Assembly (NCBI GenBank): GCA_000002445.1
Contig: CP000068.1
Span: 576,001-640,000, forward strand
From: Trypanosoma brucei
Lineage: Eukaryota
Length of the DNA stretch: 64,000 nt
Reading direction: 5' to 3'
In this document: one piece after another, positions 32,672-46,199 of the stretch
Numbering within the stretch: the first letter of the stretch is position 1
Layout: the number at the start of each line of letters is the position of its first letter
Notes under the pieces: generated by a model
What the model saw: the letters and a program-made list of their open reading frames with translations, nothing else
Database searches by the model: none
Told to the model about the DNA's origin: nothing
Translations under genes and position numbers: made by a program

Positions 32672-35126
32672 GTCTTTGCAGTATTGCCTTCAGTGAATTC
32701 CACCACATGTGGTGAAGAAAAGTACAAGAATAAAGCAGAAAAGAGGAAGTGAGAAGTAATGTGGAATTTTTGACGGATGGTAGTTCATGTTCATAATAGA
32801 AAAGTGTGTGCATATTTTGTTTTTTTTTTAAAGACGAGGTCTATCATATGTGTAAACATATACATATATATATATATAAATAAATGCATTACCTTTTCAT
32901 TTGTTCTCACAGAAACACGCTTAAAATATACGCATATGCATGCATAGATATATTTATCCAAACTCCATACAGAAGTACATATATATATATATATATATAT
33001 ATGAACACATTTTTTTTATAAATTATATATATATATATATTTACATGTGTTTTTGTTATATACACAGTTATTTGGTTATGCGTGTGTGTTGGTGTTGGTG
33101 GTGATTTGGAATGGGTTTATCCTGTTTTTAGGTTGTTGTTGTTGCTGTTGTTGTTGTTGTTTACTCCTCTTTTCTTTTGGTATTCCAAATACTTATCTTT
33201 TCACTGCGTGCATGATATCGCGGTGTGTAGAGGAAGTGATTTTCGTATTAACGCATACACTCACGTCTATATTTCATTTTGAAAGCTTTTCTATATATTT
33301 ATCCGCATTCGTGTTTATGTTTGTGTTCATTTATGTTTTTTTTTTACCTCTTTCACAGTAACGGTGCGATTTGCTGCTTCCATTACTTCGTCATGTCATG
33401 TTATCCGGCGTCCGCCTCTCTGTGCCTGTGCCTGTGCGAATGGTGGGAATTTGAGCGGCATGACATGTCAGTTGGTTTTATTTATGTTTTTTTTTCTTGT
33501 TTTATTATTTACTCCTACCCTTTATTGTTTTTTCCTCTTTTTATTTTATTTTATTGCTTGCTTTTGAGGATAATTGATTTGAAATAATCGTTTTCCCCGC
33601 CCACCCCTCCCTTCTTTTTTTTTGTTTTTTCGTCTTTTTGAAACTGTGACTTGGCACTCATCGTCTTCAAGCTTCAACGCTTTCATTGTTACATGCGTTT
33701 TGATATTATAACTAAGTAAATAAAATTGCTTTTATATGTTGTGTTTTGATTAATTTGAATAATAGTCAAGCGGTGAGAGAAAAAAAATAATAACCCAAGG
33801 AGGGTGTAAACAACAACAAAAAAAGAGAGAGATATGGAGACACCGAATAGTGATAAAAATAAAAATAACAAAAATGAAAATGAAAATGTTGTTGTCAAAC
33901 ACACACACATATATATATATTTATATATATATATATATATACATCCATTCCAAGGTAACTATACGTGTTTTGTTTGAATGTAAATAAACACATGTGTGCA
34001 TTTGTTCAAGTATGATAACATGAGCGTGAGGAGCAGATGCAACATTAATAATAATAATAATAATAATAACAGTGATAATAATTTTCATTGTTTAATATAT
34101 ATATATATATGTTTTGTGTGCTTGTGTGTTTGTTTTATTTCACCCCCTTATTAGTCACTTACTAATTTACTTCCTACAATGGAAAGGATAGTTGTCACCC
34201 ACATGTAATATGTGTCCTTTTTTGTGTTTTTTCTTTCTTTTTTTTTTCTTTTACGTTTATGCCCTTCTGTTTGTGCTTTTTTTTTTACTTATTTTCATTT
34301 GTTTTGCTTTATTTTCTTCCCTTTTATTTCCTTTTCCCCCTCCTCTCTTACTACTGTTCTTATTTATTCTAATTGCAACAAAAGCAACAATAGTTATAAT
34401 AACAAAATAATAATAATAGTGATTTTCTTTTTCTTTTTTGATTTGTGTGCATCGGAATGGATGGATGCAAATTCATGGAGGTGAGAGGAGGAATGGAAGG
34501 AAGTTTTCTTTTCTTTTTTGAAAAGAAAGAAAGAATTTCAATGGTGATTTGCACCGATTATTTCACAATATAAAAACATCACACCAACAGACAAGATATT
34601 ATTGTTTGTTGTTTTTTCCTTTTATTTAATGTGCGGCAAATGTGTGTGGTGTGTTTGTGTGTGTGGAAAAAGAAAAAAAGTGGGGGGAGGGGGAAAATAT
34701 TTTATTTATTTTTTTTTAAAAAAAAGAAAGACGAGGAAGCAGGGGGAAAAGAGGGGGGGGTGTACAAAGGAATAATATTTTTGCTTTAGTGGGGGAAAGT
34801 CATACGAATGCACAGACCGGAAGAAAAGAAAGTAAAATGAATTAGTCGAAGCAAAAAAAAAAGATAGGAAAGGAAAGGAAGATTAGGGTTTGGGAAAGAT
34901 GAGACTGCGGCAAAATAAAGCCGAGTGGAGTTAAGACCCTTTCTTCTTTTTTTTCTTTTCTTTTTTTTTCTTTTTCCTTCTGTTTCTGTTTCCATTTCTG
35001 TTTTTCTTTTCTTTTATTTTTCATTTTTTGTCTTTTGTGCACCCGTCCGTCGCAGGTGGGGGGAAGCTACCTTTCCTCAACAGCCATTCAGGGGGGAGGG
35101 GGGGGGGATATTTATATTGCAACATA

Positions 35127-35159
<33 letters not shown>

Positions 35160-35406
35160 GATTTTGTGTGAGACTGAGGTGAAGCCACTGATGGATTCCC
35201 TCTTTGCTCAACTTTTCTTTTCCTCATATTTAATATGCCCTTGTTTTGCTATTCTCATTGCTTTTTTCTTGTAACATCTTTTCTTTTATTCCATCGCAGC
35301 AGCTGGCACAGCTGCCGAAAAGAAAAAGGAAAAAAGAAGTTTAAGAAGTCCCAAACAACTGTGTATTTGGATATACACATCTACCGATTGTATACTCTCG
35401 GTAGCA

Positions 35407-37356
35407 ATGATACCGAGGCATTATGTAGCAATGCATCGGTTGCACGATCACGGAGTCAACAAAGTAGCCATTAGTTCCAGTTCCACTGATGCGGCATTGA
35501 AGTCCTTATATACACCAGAGGAATTAAACCAACCCCTGCAACAAACCCCTCAAGCGCGCAGTGGACATTTATTGCTTTCCTGTCCACAACGCCGAAGTAT
35601 TATACTACACGGTGGACTTAGCAATGGCCCTTTAGGGCTCATGAATGACACATGGGAGTTCTTAGTTGATTATCACCGGTGGGTGCGGTTGATATGCCGC
35701 GGTGAGCCACGTAAGGAGTTAAACTCATCGGAATACGCGACACTTCAAAGCGAACGCAACACGACGCACTCCTCCATATTTAGAGATGATTATTATGATG
35801 ACAATGACAGCGACGATGCGGAAGCGTCAGTAGCGGGAGGATTAATGCCACCGAGGGCGTTCGGTCAATGTGGCGTCCTGTATGGTGAAGGGCGTTTTCT
35901 TTTTGTGCATGGTGGTGTCACAACATTAGGGCGTACAACTTCTGATGCTTTTCGACTTGATATTGAGAGGAGGTCGTGGGCGCGGATACCTCTTCTGCAG
36001 CCGATGCCCTCCATGTGGGGTTCTGCTGCGCAGGTTGTGCGGCTTCCAGTAAAAGCGCTCGTCGCCGCCGGACAGATCAGCACAACCGGTAATAGTTGTG
36101 AAGAAGAAGAACAAGAAGGCCGCGTTGTGGAGGTCGTCGTTCTCTTTGGTGGTATGCATCAGGCCAACGCCTTCAACGACACATACTTTTTGTACCTCAC
36201 GCAACCGCCGCCATCAGAAGGTCGTACATCGTATAAGGAAGGTGAAGGACGTGTCGTGGTGAAGCTGCCACCAGTACCAAAGAAGATCTTTCCCGGGCGG
36301 CGTCGGGCTTGCTCTGTTGTTTGTAACAACTACTTCCTTTTTATCTTTGGTGGACGGGACGAGAATTACTTCTATAATGATATGTGGATCCTAAACACCT
36401 TAACGAGGCAGTGGGTGATGGTACGGGGTGAAGTCCCGCAGCTTTACATGCAGGAGTTTTTTCGCTTTCCCTGCAGAACCGCACCAGGGATACGCATTAT
36501 GGGACTTGTAGAAGAGATACTTCGCTTCCGGCGCAAGGCGGTAGGCACAGACGGTAAAGATAATCCGCATAAGTCACGTCGTTACAACAGTTCCGCGTAT
36601 TGGCGGACGGGCGCCACAATGGTCAATTATGGAACTGAGGTATTTGTGTTTGGAGGTTTCACCATGGATCAGTTCGGCTACATCATAACGCATCGGGACG
36701 TGCACGCGTATGATTATGTGCATCACGTGTGGCGGGAAGTAGAGGTGGAGGAGGGTCGCTCGCTTCCGCCATTTCCACCGGGTTATTTTCGATCTTCTTG
36801 TTTGGCTGGTGAGGAGCCACAACCCCAGTGGGAGTTGCTGCGGGGAATTCCCTCAATGTTTTCAGAGGGCCGCACGATGGCGGCGATGTGTCGTGATCCC
36901 ATACGACCCTCCTTACGCTTCTTTATGTTTGGTGGTCGTATGGAAGATGATCCCTGTGGTGACCTTTTCGACGTACGTATTCGTGTAGAATTCCAAGGGC
37001 CACCACCTGCTAAGGATCAAATGTTGGAACGTCAACGGCAGTTGGCTCGTTTATACTTCACCACACCGCAAGCGCGAGCGCCATGGGAAATGTCACCGTG
37101 GGGTAGGCGAAGCCTTTTGCTTCAATTGCTTGATTGGACGCGAGCAGTAGTAACGGAAGGAGAGGCGCTTAATGCAATTCAAAATATGAGGCCTCGGACA
37201 TCTCGGGAGGTGCCACCATTACATAAGGAATGTGCGGCTCATGCAACTGAAGTGGAATCGACGTTACGCAATAAATTGAGTATTTTGCCGAAAGTAGTGA
37301 ATGAACAGGTGTTGTTGCCTCAACCATTTGTGTTGCCCGAGGAACTGAGGGGTTAA
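35407..37356 (+). CDS. Kelch-repeat beta-propeller protein
   Basis: ATG at 35407. Six Kelch-like units with GG doublets and aromatic/W positions: HGGLSNGPLG..W, VHGGVTTLGR..W, LFGGMHQANAFNDTY, IFGGRDENYFYNDMWIL, VFGGFTMDQFG..VHAYDYVHHVW, MFGGRMEDDPCGDLFD. Confidence 0.6.
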   Translation: MIPRHYVAMHRLHDHGVNKVAISSSSTDAALKSLYTPEELNQPLQQTPQARSGHLLLSCPQRRSIILHGGLSNGPLGLMNDTWEFLVDYHRWVRLICRGEPRKELNSSEYATLQSERNTTHSSIFRDDYYDDNDSDDAEASVAGGLMPPRAFGQCGVLYGEGRFLFVHGGVTTLGRTTSDAFRLDIERRSWARIPLLQPMPSMWGSAAQVVRLPVKALVAAGQISTTGNSCEEEEQEGRVVEVVVLFGGMHQANAFNDTYFLYLTQPPPSEGRTSYKEGEGRVVVKLPPVPKKIFPGRRRACSVVCNNYFLFIFGGRDENYFYNDMWILNTLTRQWVMVRGEVPQLYMQEFFRFPCRTAPGIRIMGLVEEILRFRRKAVGTDGKDNPHKSRRYNSSAYWRTGATMVNYGTEVFVFGGFTMDQFGYIITHRDVHAYDYVHHVWREVEVEEGRSLPPFPPGYFRSSCLAGEEPQPQWELLRGIPSMFSEGRTMAAMCRDPIRPSLRFFMFGGRMEDDPCGDLFDVRIRVEFQGPPPAKDQMLERQRQLARLYFTTPQARAPWEMSPWGRRSLLLQLLDWTRAVVTEGEALNAIQNMRPRTSREVPPLHKECAAHATEVESTLRNKLSILPKVVNEQVLLPQPFVLPEELRG

Positions 37357-40010
37357 TCGGAGTGACGTACTGGAAATTAGATCCTCCTACATACACATAC
37401 AGAAGCACGTCTGGCGTTTTATTTTTATTTTTTTTTATTAAAAAAAAAATTGTTCACCGTATTTTTGCCGCTGAGGTGCCGTCACTCGGAGTGGATATGT
37501 TGATACATGAGGAAGGAGTGCTCGAAACGTCTTTTTTTCTTTTTTCTTAAGCGCTGACTATTATGGCTGCTTAATAATTGTGTTCCACTCCCTTACTTAT
37601 TCCGAGAAAAAGAAAAAAAGGAAGACAGGGGGAAAAGAGCCTCCAGCACTGTGTCGTCCACACGCTCCTGCAAAAGAAGAAATAATAAAAAATACGGATA
37701 CGTGCAAGTTGTTGTATGTGGAGGAGGATGAGGAGGAAGTGAATACGTCTGGGTTGCTTTTTTTTTTTCAAAAAAAAAAATATTATTATTATTATTACTT
37801 TATTCTCGTTTTCTGTGTCGTCTACTACTCAACATGATCCTTTATATATATATATATTCATACCAACCCATATCCTTCCCTCATTTCCTTTTCTTCCTTT
37901 TTAGGAACAAGTGGTGGGCCTCATTAGCGGAAGTTTGAACGGCGCGGAAATCGACTAAAGGCGCCGAATGGAGGAATGAACCGGAAAGTAAAAGTAAAAA
38001 CAAAACAAAACAAAATAAGGCAGAAGGAAATAGAAGAGTATTTATTTTATTTTTATGTTTATATATTTTTGTAGTAGAGTGAAGTATTGTGTGTTGTGAA
38101 GCGTAACGAGTTCGAAGGCTACCGCGTGATGCAGTGAAATGAAATGCACGTTTGGAAGCTTTTGCGGGAAAAATAAGGTTGGAGGAGGAGGAAAGAAAGA
38201 GATTAGAAAAGAAGGAAAGGGTAGGGGGGGGAAGGGAACAGTATTTTTGTTGTTTCATTTGTTAAATTTGATTACTTCCCTTTCAACTGCTGCTCTTTTT
38301 CTTCTTCCGTCTTTGTGCATTTCCTCTGTAAATCTATTTTAGCTCCCATTTTCTTTTTATTCTTTTTATTTTGGGGGAAGAAAAGGGAGGTGTTTACTTT
38401 GCTTGTCTGTCCAGAGGAAGATGTACCCTGGAAATATTCATATATACTAATATATACATATATATGCATGTATGATTTGGTACGAGTGTATCATATCTTT
38501 ATGCGCGTTTAGTTATTTGATTTTTAGGGAGCATAATTTCGTTTTCTGACGCGGGAATTTGTGGATAAATATGCTTTTGTTTTATTTCATTTCATTTCAT
38601 TTTATCTTATTTTATTTTATTTTGCTCTGTTCTGTAAGAGAGCGGGAGGAGGGGGAAAAAAAAAGGGTGGGGGCATGGAATTATTTTTCAATTGTTTTGT
38701 TCAGCTTCCCGTTAAAATATTGGCCTCAATGTGGGCGCCATCGACGAGTGGAAATGACAAGTTAAGAAAAAGCAGGTAGAGAATGAGTGTTACAAACGGT
38801 AGTTTATGTTGTTTATGAGCATAAACCCAAAACGTATACGTCAAAAGAAAAGTAGAAAAAGATCGGATGGCATCTCTAACGTGTGGAGGAAATGGAATGA
38901 AATGAAGTGGTTTCTTCCCTTCATCACTTTTGTTGTTGTTGTTGTTGTTTTTGCAACGAGTGGCGGCTTCCGTTTGTCCGCGTTTTTTGATAGTTTGTAT
39001 GCTCCAAAGTAAACAAAGTAAATAAATGTGGTTTGTATTTGTTTCTACTTTCCTTTCCTTTTCCATGCAAACACATTGCACCGTACTACATTGATCTGTT
39101 GATTGTACACCTCCCTTCCGCGTGTTATTGTTATAATTGTGATTTTGCGATGTGGAAAAGAAAAAAAAATTAAGAGGAAGATGAAGAGGAAATATACGAA
39201 CAACCCTTATTGATATTTTACTCAATGAAATGCATGTTATCGCCTGTGTTCCCCCCTCTTTTTTTTTTTAATGTTTCCCATTCTCTTCTGTTGTTGGTTG
39301 TGTTCCTGTATTGTTATTTTTTAGTATCCATTTCCATTTCAATATCTGCCCCACTGTATTGCCGCATTTCTTGTGAGTCTTCCCATATTTTTCTACTTTT
39401 CAGCATTTTATGGGAGGCGAGTTGTGTTGATGTTATTTTTATTTTTTGAAAAGGGATTCCTTTCTTACGCTTAGATTGTCAGGTGAAGAACCGAGTTATT
39501 GAACTGTTTTTTTGTGTGTGTGTGTGCGTGCATGTGTGTTTGCGAAAAGAGGAGAAAAGAAAGCTACAACAAAAAAAAAAAGGAAGGTGCGTTACACTGC
39601 AGGTGGTGTTAGAAATAAGCTGATGAGGGTTTTAAAAAAACCGGCGGGATTGTGAATGAAAAGTGAAAAGTATTTTTGTCTACATTTTTTTCTCGCGCCG
39701 ATGTTGTGTCCCCAAATAACTCCTGGTGGTATTTTACACATGCCTAAAACACATTCGTATACGTATAAGTTTACGTATTTGTATATTTGTGAATGTCCAT
39801 ATGTCTGTTTCGTTTTTACTCGGATGGCAATTATTTATTCTTTCCTTCCAACAATTTCTACTTACCGAATATATATATATATATATATTTCACGTATTAT
39901 TGTGTATTTACATTTGGCATAAGGAAGAATCCACAAAGAAAAAAAAAAGGAGAGAAAGAGAAAGAAAGAGAGAGAGAAAGAGAAAAGAAAAAAAAAGAAG
40001 CAAAGGAGGT

Positions 40011-40805
40011 ATGACGCAATCGCAATCGCAAGGACATCCACGGGTTGGGCCTGCGCCCCTCTGTATCGATTACCCCACGCAACAGCCCCTTTGCCCAGAG
40101 TTTACGTATACCACTGATATCATCGCGTTAATGGCGCCACCTCGCATAGCCGCTAAGTTTTCACCATGTTTTCGCAAATACAGTTGGGACCCGTATGCGG
40201 TGCTGCTCACAGATCACGATTTAGAACGTGTAAAGAAATCATACAGGCGTGCAACGGCACCTCCCGCCATCGCCTCGTCACCAACGCGGCAACCCCCTCA
40301 GCAAAATCCTGCTGATATGGATATCAATGATAGTCACCATAATCACAATATTGATCATTCGCCATCACGGCTGCCACAGCTTTGCCAACAACAACAACAA
40401 CAACAGGAACAGCAACAACAGGAACAGCAGGAGCAGGAGCAAAGCCTACAACAGCAACATCAACAACTGAAACTACAGCAACAGCAACAGCAGGAGCAAC
40501 AGCAACTAAAGCAGCAAAGCCTCCAACAACAACAACAACAACAACACCAACAGCAGCAGCAGCGACTGAAACGACAATCATTACAACAACATCAACATTA
40601 TCATCAACATCATCATCGTCGATATCACCCGTATGCTCAACTGCATCACGGCGGTGGCCATCAGAGCCGCGGGGTGCATCATCCGTCATGGCATAACCGA
40701 CAGCCGGTGACTTGGAGGGCAATGGGACCCAATCAAGATTCTGAATTCAAATCTGCAGGAGGGCGTTCAGCTGCTCGAGGTTCCAGCGCCCGCTTCAGTC
40801 GCTAA
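40011..40805 (+). CDS. Gln-rich low-complexity protein (about 264 aa), hypothetical
   Basis: The track ORF 39726..40805 starts in low-complexity DNA. The plausible ATG is at 40011 (MTQSQSQ). It contains a KYSWDPY motif, then about 70 aa of poly-Q/QQE/QQL encoded by CAA/CAG repeats at about 40385..40580, and an H-rich tail. Confidence 0.5.
   Translation: MTQSQSQGHPRVGPAPLCIDYPTQQPLCPEFTYTTDIIALMAPPRIAAKFSPCFRKYSWDPYAVLLTDHDLERVKKSYRRATAPPAIASSPTRQPPQQNPADMDINDSHHNHNIDHSPSRLPQLCQQQQQQQEQQQQEQQEQEQSLQQQHQQLKLQQQQQQEQQQLKQQSLQQQQQQQHQQQQQRLKRQSLQQHQHYHQHHHRRYHPYAQLHHGGGHQSRGVHHPSWHNRQPVTWRAMGPNQDSEFKSAGGRSAARGSSARFSR
40385..40580 (+). repeat. Imperfect coding (CAA/CAG)n repeat encoding poly-Q
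   Basis: caacaacaacaacaacaggaacagcaacaacag...caacaacaacaacaacaacaccaacagcagcagcag, lying within the 40011..40805 CDS. Confidence 0.85.
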
Positions 40806-42294
40806 GCGGTGCACGAGGTTTCAAAACAATACAAATAAATATATATATATATATATATATATATTTGTATATATACATATATATCTACATTTATAAATAA
40901 ATATATAAATAAATATATAAATATTTATTTATACAAACAAAAAAACAAACAAGTAAATAAATAACTGACAACAGCGAGAAGAAAAGAAGAAACAGGAAAA
41001 AAAAAGTGATGAAATGAAATGAAATAAAATAAATAAATAAATAAAAGGCGGTAGTGTTACGTGAAGAGGGAGCGTAAACGGGAGGGGAAGGAAGAGAAGA
41101 GCAAAAGGAAAAAAAAATGAGACGATGATGATTTTTTAAAATATTGGATGAAATAAGGGTTTCGTATATGCGCGTAACAAAGTAAATGAGTAAATCAAAT
41201 TGCATTCATAAATATTTATACTTTCTATGATATTTATACTCATGTAATTTATACATTCATTTAATGTAATTGATTTTTTTTTTAAAAAGAAAGAAAAGAA
41301 AAAAATCGGATAAATTTTTGTCAAATCAGGGAAAAGAGGAAAAAGAAAGAAAAAATAGTAATTTTTGAAGTCTGGTAAATAAATAAATAAATAAATAAGT
41401 GTATAAGTTCAGAAATAATTTAAGTAACAAAGCAAGAACAAAGAAAAGAAGTGCAGAGGTAGGGGAGAAGGGAGGAAAAGTAAAACAAAAACACACACAC
41501 ACACAAAAAAAAAAAAGAAAGAAACAAAACAACACGTAATTAAAGGATTGGAGGAGGAGGAAGAAAAAAAAAAAGGGAAACAACCCTTGCAGCTGGTTCT
41601 GCATCTGGAAGCAAAAAAGAAAAAAAGAAAAAAAGAAAAAAGATAAGCTCGAAAGAGAGAAAGAAAATAGTTGCAGTGTTTCTATTAAGTAATTCTTTTT
41701 TGCTTTTGTTTGTATTTTTGTTTTGCCCAGCATAACCTGATCATTTGGCATTTTACTGGAGCTGACAGAAGAGGAAAAAAAAAAAAAGAAGAACACACAA
41801 AGGTGTGCTTTGCTTTTTGATTTTTTTAAAAAAAATTAATAATTGCCATGACCATCATAATTACTACTAATATTATCTTTATTGTTATTTTCATCATCAC
41901 TACTATTATTATTATTGTTGTTGTTATAACTATTACAGTTGTAGTTGTTATTACTATTGTTATTGTTTCATTTGCTTTGAACAGTGCATGTGTGTATACG
42001 AATCCCTTCATTTATTCATCCATTTCATTTTATTAACAAGTTTTTAAAAAAAAAACGAACCGCAACAAAAAGAAAACGAAAAAAAACAGAAGAACAACTG
42101 GTCCGTTGAGAACTTCTCGAGCCTTTGTCTTTTTTTTTTTTAGTTTGCTTTTCTTCTCTTTCCCCCCCCCCCGCATTATCTTCATATTTGTACACGTGAA
42201 CAATTTTTTAAAAAAAAAAGAAAAAAAAACATTTATTTGCTATTTCTTTCCTCCCGCTTTTTCCCACCAATTTTCTATTCGCTTGCCCTTACCC

Positions 42295-42295
<1 letters not shown>

Positions 42296-42330
<35 letters not shown>
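42296..42330. repeat. (ATT)n trinucleotide microsatellite, about 11 units
   Basis: Read directly. Similar (ATT/AAT)n runs occur at about 28,240, 34,040, 41,850–41,950, 48,120–48,240, 49,720, 50,705 and 51,860. Confidence 0.85.
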
Positions 42331-42331
<1 letters not shown>

Positions 42332-45075
42332 CCATTCCTATCTTTGTCTCTTCTCTTTTTTTTTCTTCTCTTTTCTTTTCGTTTCCTTTCTTTTTTTCAC
42401 TTTTAATTTACCTTTTCACCCCCAAAAAAAAAACAACAAAAAAAATCATCTTCGCATATATCCCTTCACATATTTTAACTTCACCGCAGTGTTTGTTTTT
42501 TGCTTTTGTTTTTAATGAAAGGAAAAAAAATATGCCACCTTCATAATAAATTTGCCGTTTTAGTGTTGGAGGTTGTGTTGCATGAGGGAGAAAAAAAGGG
42601 GGGGTATTTTTTTTTTTTACACAAAAAAGAAAAGAAAAATAAGCCTGCGAGTTGATAACGAAGCGGAAATAAGAATCTTTTTTTTTTTCAAAAAGAAGAA
42701 AAGGGGAAAAAAAGTAAAAAAAAAGTGAGGAAATATATATATAATATATAAAAGTAAGGAATGTGAGATGGAAATGATGTATAAATGATAGTTTTTATAT
42801 TTGAAATGTATGATCATGTGTGCTTTAATTTTTTCTTCTGTTTCTTTTCTTTTTTTTAAAGTTATGTTTTATTTTATTGTGTGTTGAATCTACGATTCTT
42901 TGCTCATTTTTGCTTTTCTTGTTGTTGTTGTTGTTGTCGTTGTTGTTTCTTTCTTTTCCTCTATTGTCAGTTTTTGTTTGTTTGTTTTTGTTTTTGGAGG
43001 TGTTTTATTGTCATTGTCCCTCTTTTTGTTGTTGTGTTGTTTGCTTGTGTGTGTGTTCTTTGTTTGTTTGTTTGTTTGTTTTTTCCCTTCTTTTTTTTTT
43101 TTAATATCTTTTTATGCATTCGCGCTTTGTGTTTGCGCCATCAGAAGTGAGTATGGGAACTCCGTCTCATATGGCGGCTGTTTTCATTTCTCCTTTCATT
43201 TCTTTATTCCCTTTTCAAAACGAAACAAAACAAAAAAAAACATACACAAGTTCAAAAAAAAAAAACCTCCCCAAACAAAACAAAAAAAAATGGAAAGAAA
43301 AAACGCCCAGACAACTCGCAGAAATCGTCGCGTTCCCGCGTTGGTTGATTGAATCTTTTTGTTTTTGTTTTTGTTTTTCCTCCTTGATTTATTTTATTTT
43401 ATTTTATTTTGGTGTTTGTTTGTTTGTTTGCTTGCTTTCATTTTGTTATCACATCACGATAACCGAAAAAAGAAAACAAAAAAAAAAAGCAACTGCCGGG
43501 CCTTTTTGATGACAAGTTGAACTTTTCATTTTTGTTGCGGCACCGTCATCTTTTCACATCCGCGCTGTGTTGTTTGATTGCTTGATTGATTGATTGTTTA
43601 TTTGATTGTGATTTCTTTTTTTTTTCTTTTTTTCTCCTCATTTTCTGTTTTTTTTTTGTTTTTTTTTGTTGTTGTTGGGTTTCAGGTGCCTGACGCCATT
43701 CGTGTGCTTCTGTTCAGTTGGTACTATTTGCTGCTTTGTTATTGTTATTATTATTATTGTTATTATTATACCACTTTCTTTTTTTTTGTTGTTGTTGTTT
43801 TTCCTGTCTATCTTTTCCATTATATAATTCTTAATACTCTGTCGTCACTAATTTTTTTACTTCCTCTTTTCTTTTCTTTTTTTCTTCTTCTTTATATAAT
43901 AAAATGAATAAAAAAAAGATTAAAAAAATTTTTTTCCTTTTCACCTTTCTTTTGTTACCTTATGGATCTCCGTGTCGTTTGGCCAAGGGCAAAAGGTGGG
44001 ACTGCCAGTTTGAAATTCATTAAATTAACGAAAGAAAAAGTTTTTTTTTAAAAAAAAAGAAAAATGGCGTAACAAAAAAGGAAAATAAAGGAAAAGGGGG
44101 GGAAAAAGAGAAGAAGTGAAAAAAAAGGGGGAGTGAGTTGAGGGAAAATTTGGGCAAATGAAACGATGAATTAATGAGTGAAGAAGGAGGATGAACAAAA
44201 AAAAAAAGAAGAAAAGGAAATGATGGAAATGTGACATTATCTATCAAGTCGCCTCCAAGTTGTGTCGTTTCTTTCTTTTTTTTTTTCTTTTTTCTTTTCC
44301 CCCCTTCCCTCCCCCTTTAAAAAAAAAAAAATTCGCCTCTCAATTCCCGTCACATTTGCTCTGCGTCTTTCGTTGTCGTTATAATTGTTTTCAGTGATAT
44401 GTTGCAACCTCCAATTTCATCTTAACTCCTTCTCTCCTTTCCATTTTTGATTAATTTTCTTTTTTCCTTTTTCTTTTTCTTTTATATTTATTCACTCCTA
44501 TTTGTTTGGACGTATCGTCTTCTCTAAAATCCGGCACCAAAAACCGAAGGAAAAAAAGAAGTGATAAAACGTACAAGGAAGGAGAGAGGACGAAGGGGAA
44601 AAAAAAAAGAAAAGAAGGAAAATACATAGCTGGAACGCGCCTCCAAAAGACCGGGGCAAAAAAAAAAAAGAAGCGAAAGACGAGGCGAAGCGAAGAAATT
44701 AAAGAAAATAGGGACAGCGCGGTCGTAGCATTACGAGATTTATACGAGCGAGAAAATACAATCAGTCAATAACCTCAACGTGGACAAAAGGGGGGAGCAA
44801 AGAAAACAACAACAACAACAGCAACGAAGGAATAGAAGATTAAAACCAAATTCAGGCGGCACAAGTTTGAATCAAAGGAAGAATTGGTGGAAGAGTTCGC
44901 CGTAGTGAAGGGAAACTAAGGGGTTAGGGGGAAAAGAAAACTATATAAAATAGCGAAAAGCCACCGCGCCAAGGAAAGAGGAAAAGGATTTTAAAAAAAT
45001 AAAAAGCGGTCAATTCTGGTAACGACAGGAGGAACCAGCTCGATTCAGCGTTTGTTTTCACGGAGTCCACGAATA

Positions 45076-46161
45076 ATGCGCCCCACCGGAGTACGCTGTC
45101 TTGCTTCACCCCTCAGCTTAATGAGAGTTACCGGAACCCCCAACACCGGCCCCCGTGTGTTGTCGCCTGATGGTACGAAATTTTCATGGGATCCCTACAG
45201 CGGTGCATCCGTTGATGGAAGTGAAGTTTTCACCCAGTCACCTCATCTCGCCGCGCAGTTCCCCGGTCACGCGTCTCCTATTCAACTCCCTCCGCCCAAT
45301 GTGGCGTCGGATGGTGTCTCTTTTGCATCGACACTTAATTGGCAATCTCAAGGGGATGGCGGAGCAGCATATGATTCCTCAGTTGTTGGGTACTGGGAAG
45401 AAACCGGTCCCAACCGTGGCGCACTGCGACTTGGTTCCGATGAACAACAACAACAGCAACAGCAACAACATCAGTTATATCGGACAGGCCCACTCGCGCA
45501 AACGTTCTTCCAGACGACCGGCAGCGGTGCACCTCCCTTCGACAACGCCGTTGTTACGCATGGTGATGCTAACTTTAATTCAGGTTTTGGTGTGGTGGCA
45601 TCGCCGCATCGCCCATCATCGCGAGCGGGACGTTACGGCACTTCACGTGGTGTTTCTTTATCCGCCTCTCGAGGAAGATCTTTTGAATCCACTCCATTAT
45701 GGGGCCACGGGCAATCCGGAGCCGCAGAGAGAAAGCTTCCATTTAGACGTATGATCCCTCCGCCCGTCCCTTATGAACTTGCATTGCGTCAACTCTCCCG
45801 TTCGGGTCTTGCCGATCCCGAAAGGGTTCTCGAAGGAATTCTTCGTCACTGGCACAGGTCTACACAAGTTGCAGTCGGTGTACTTCGTAGCGAAGCTGCT
45901 TCTTCAGTTGAGGAAAGTTGCCCGTCCCCTCCTTCAGGAAATGACCGCGAAGCAATAGTCGAATGGGTGACACGTTGCGAGGGATGGTGGCAACAGAATT
46001 TTGGAACCCAACCCCGCAGCGGTGCTGACCGGCAAAATGCGGCTCATACGTTTAATGGAAATCGGGGACACAGATCCAATGATGGAAGGCGTCCTCATAC
46101 ATCAGGGGCTGCAAGTAGGAATAATCATGCATTCGCCGGCATGAACGGAAGAAGGGGGTGA
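45076..46161 (+). CDS. Pro/Ser/Gly-rich protein with a short poly-Q (about 361 aa), hypothetical
   Basis: Track start 45052 is TTG; the first ATG is at 45076 (MRPTGVRCL). It contains KFSWDPY (compare KYSWDPY in the upstream gene) and a poly-Q (EQQQQQQQQHQ). It is an isolated gene surrounded by more than 4 kb of low-complexity DNA on each side. Coordinates are ±1. Confidence 0.5.
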   Translation: MRPTGVRCLASPLSLMRVTGTPNTGPRVLSPDGTKFSWDPYSGASVDGSEVFTQSPHLAAQFPGHASPIQLPPPNVASDGVSFASTLNWQSQGDGGAAYDSSVVGYWEETGPNRGALRLGSDEQQQQQQQQHQLYRTGPLAQTFFQTTGSGAPPFDNAVVTHGDANFNSGFGVVASPHRPSSRAGRYGTSRGVSLSASRGRSFESTPLWGHGQSGAAERKLPFRRMIPPPVPYELALRQLSRSGLADPERVLEGILRHWHRSTQVAVGVLRSEAASSVEESCPSPPSGNDREAIVEWVTRCEGWWQQNFGTQPRSGADRQNAAHTFNGNRGHRSNDGRRPHTSGAASRNNHAFAGMNGRRG

Positions 46162-46199
46162 GAACAGAAGATTAAAAATGAAAAAGAAAAAGAAAAAAA

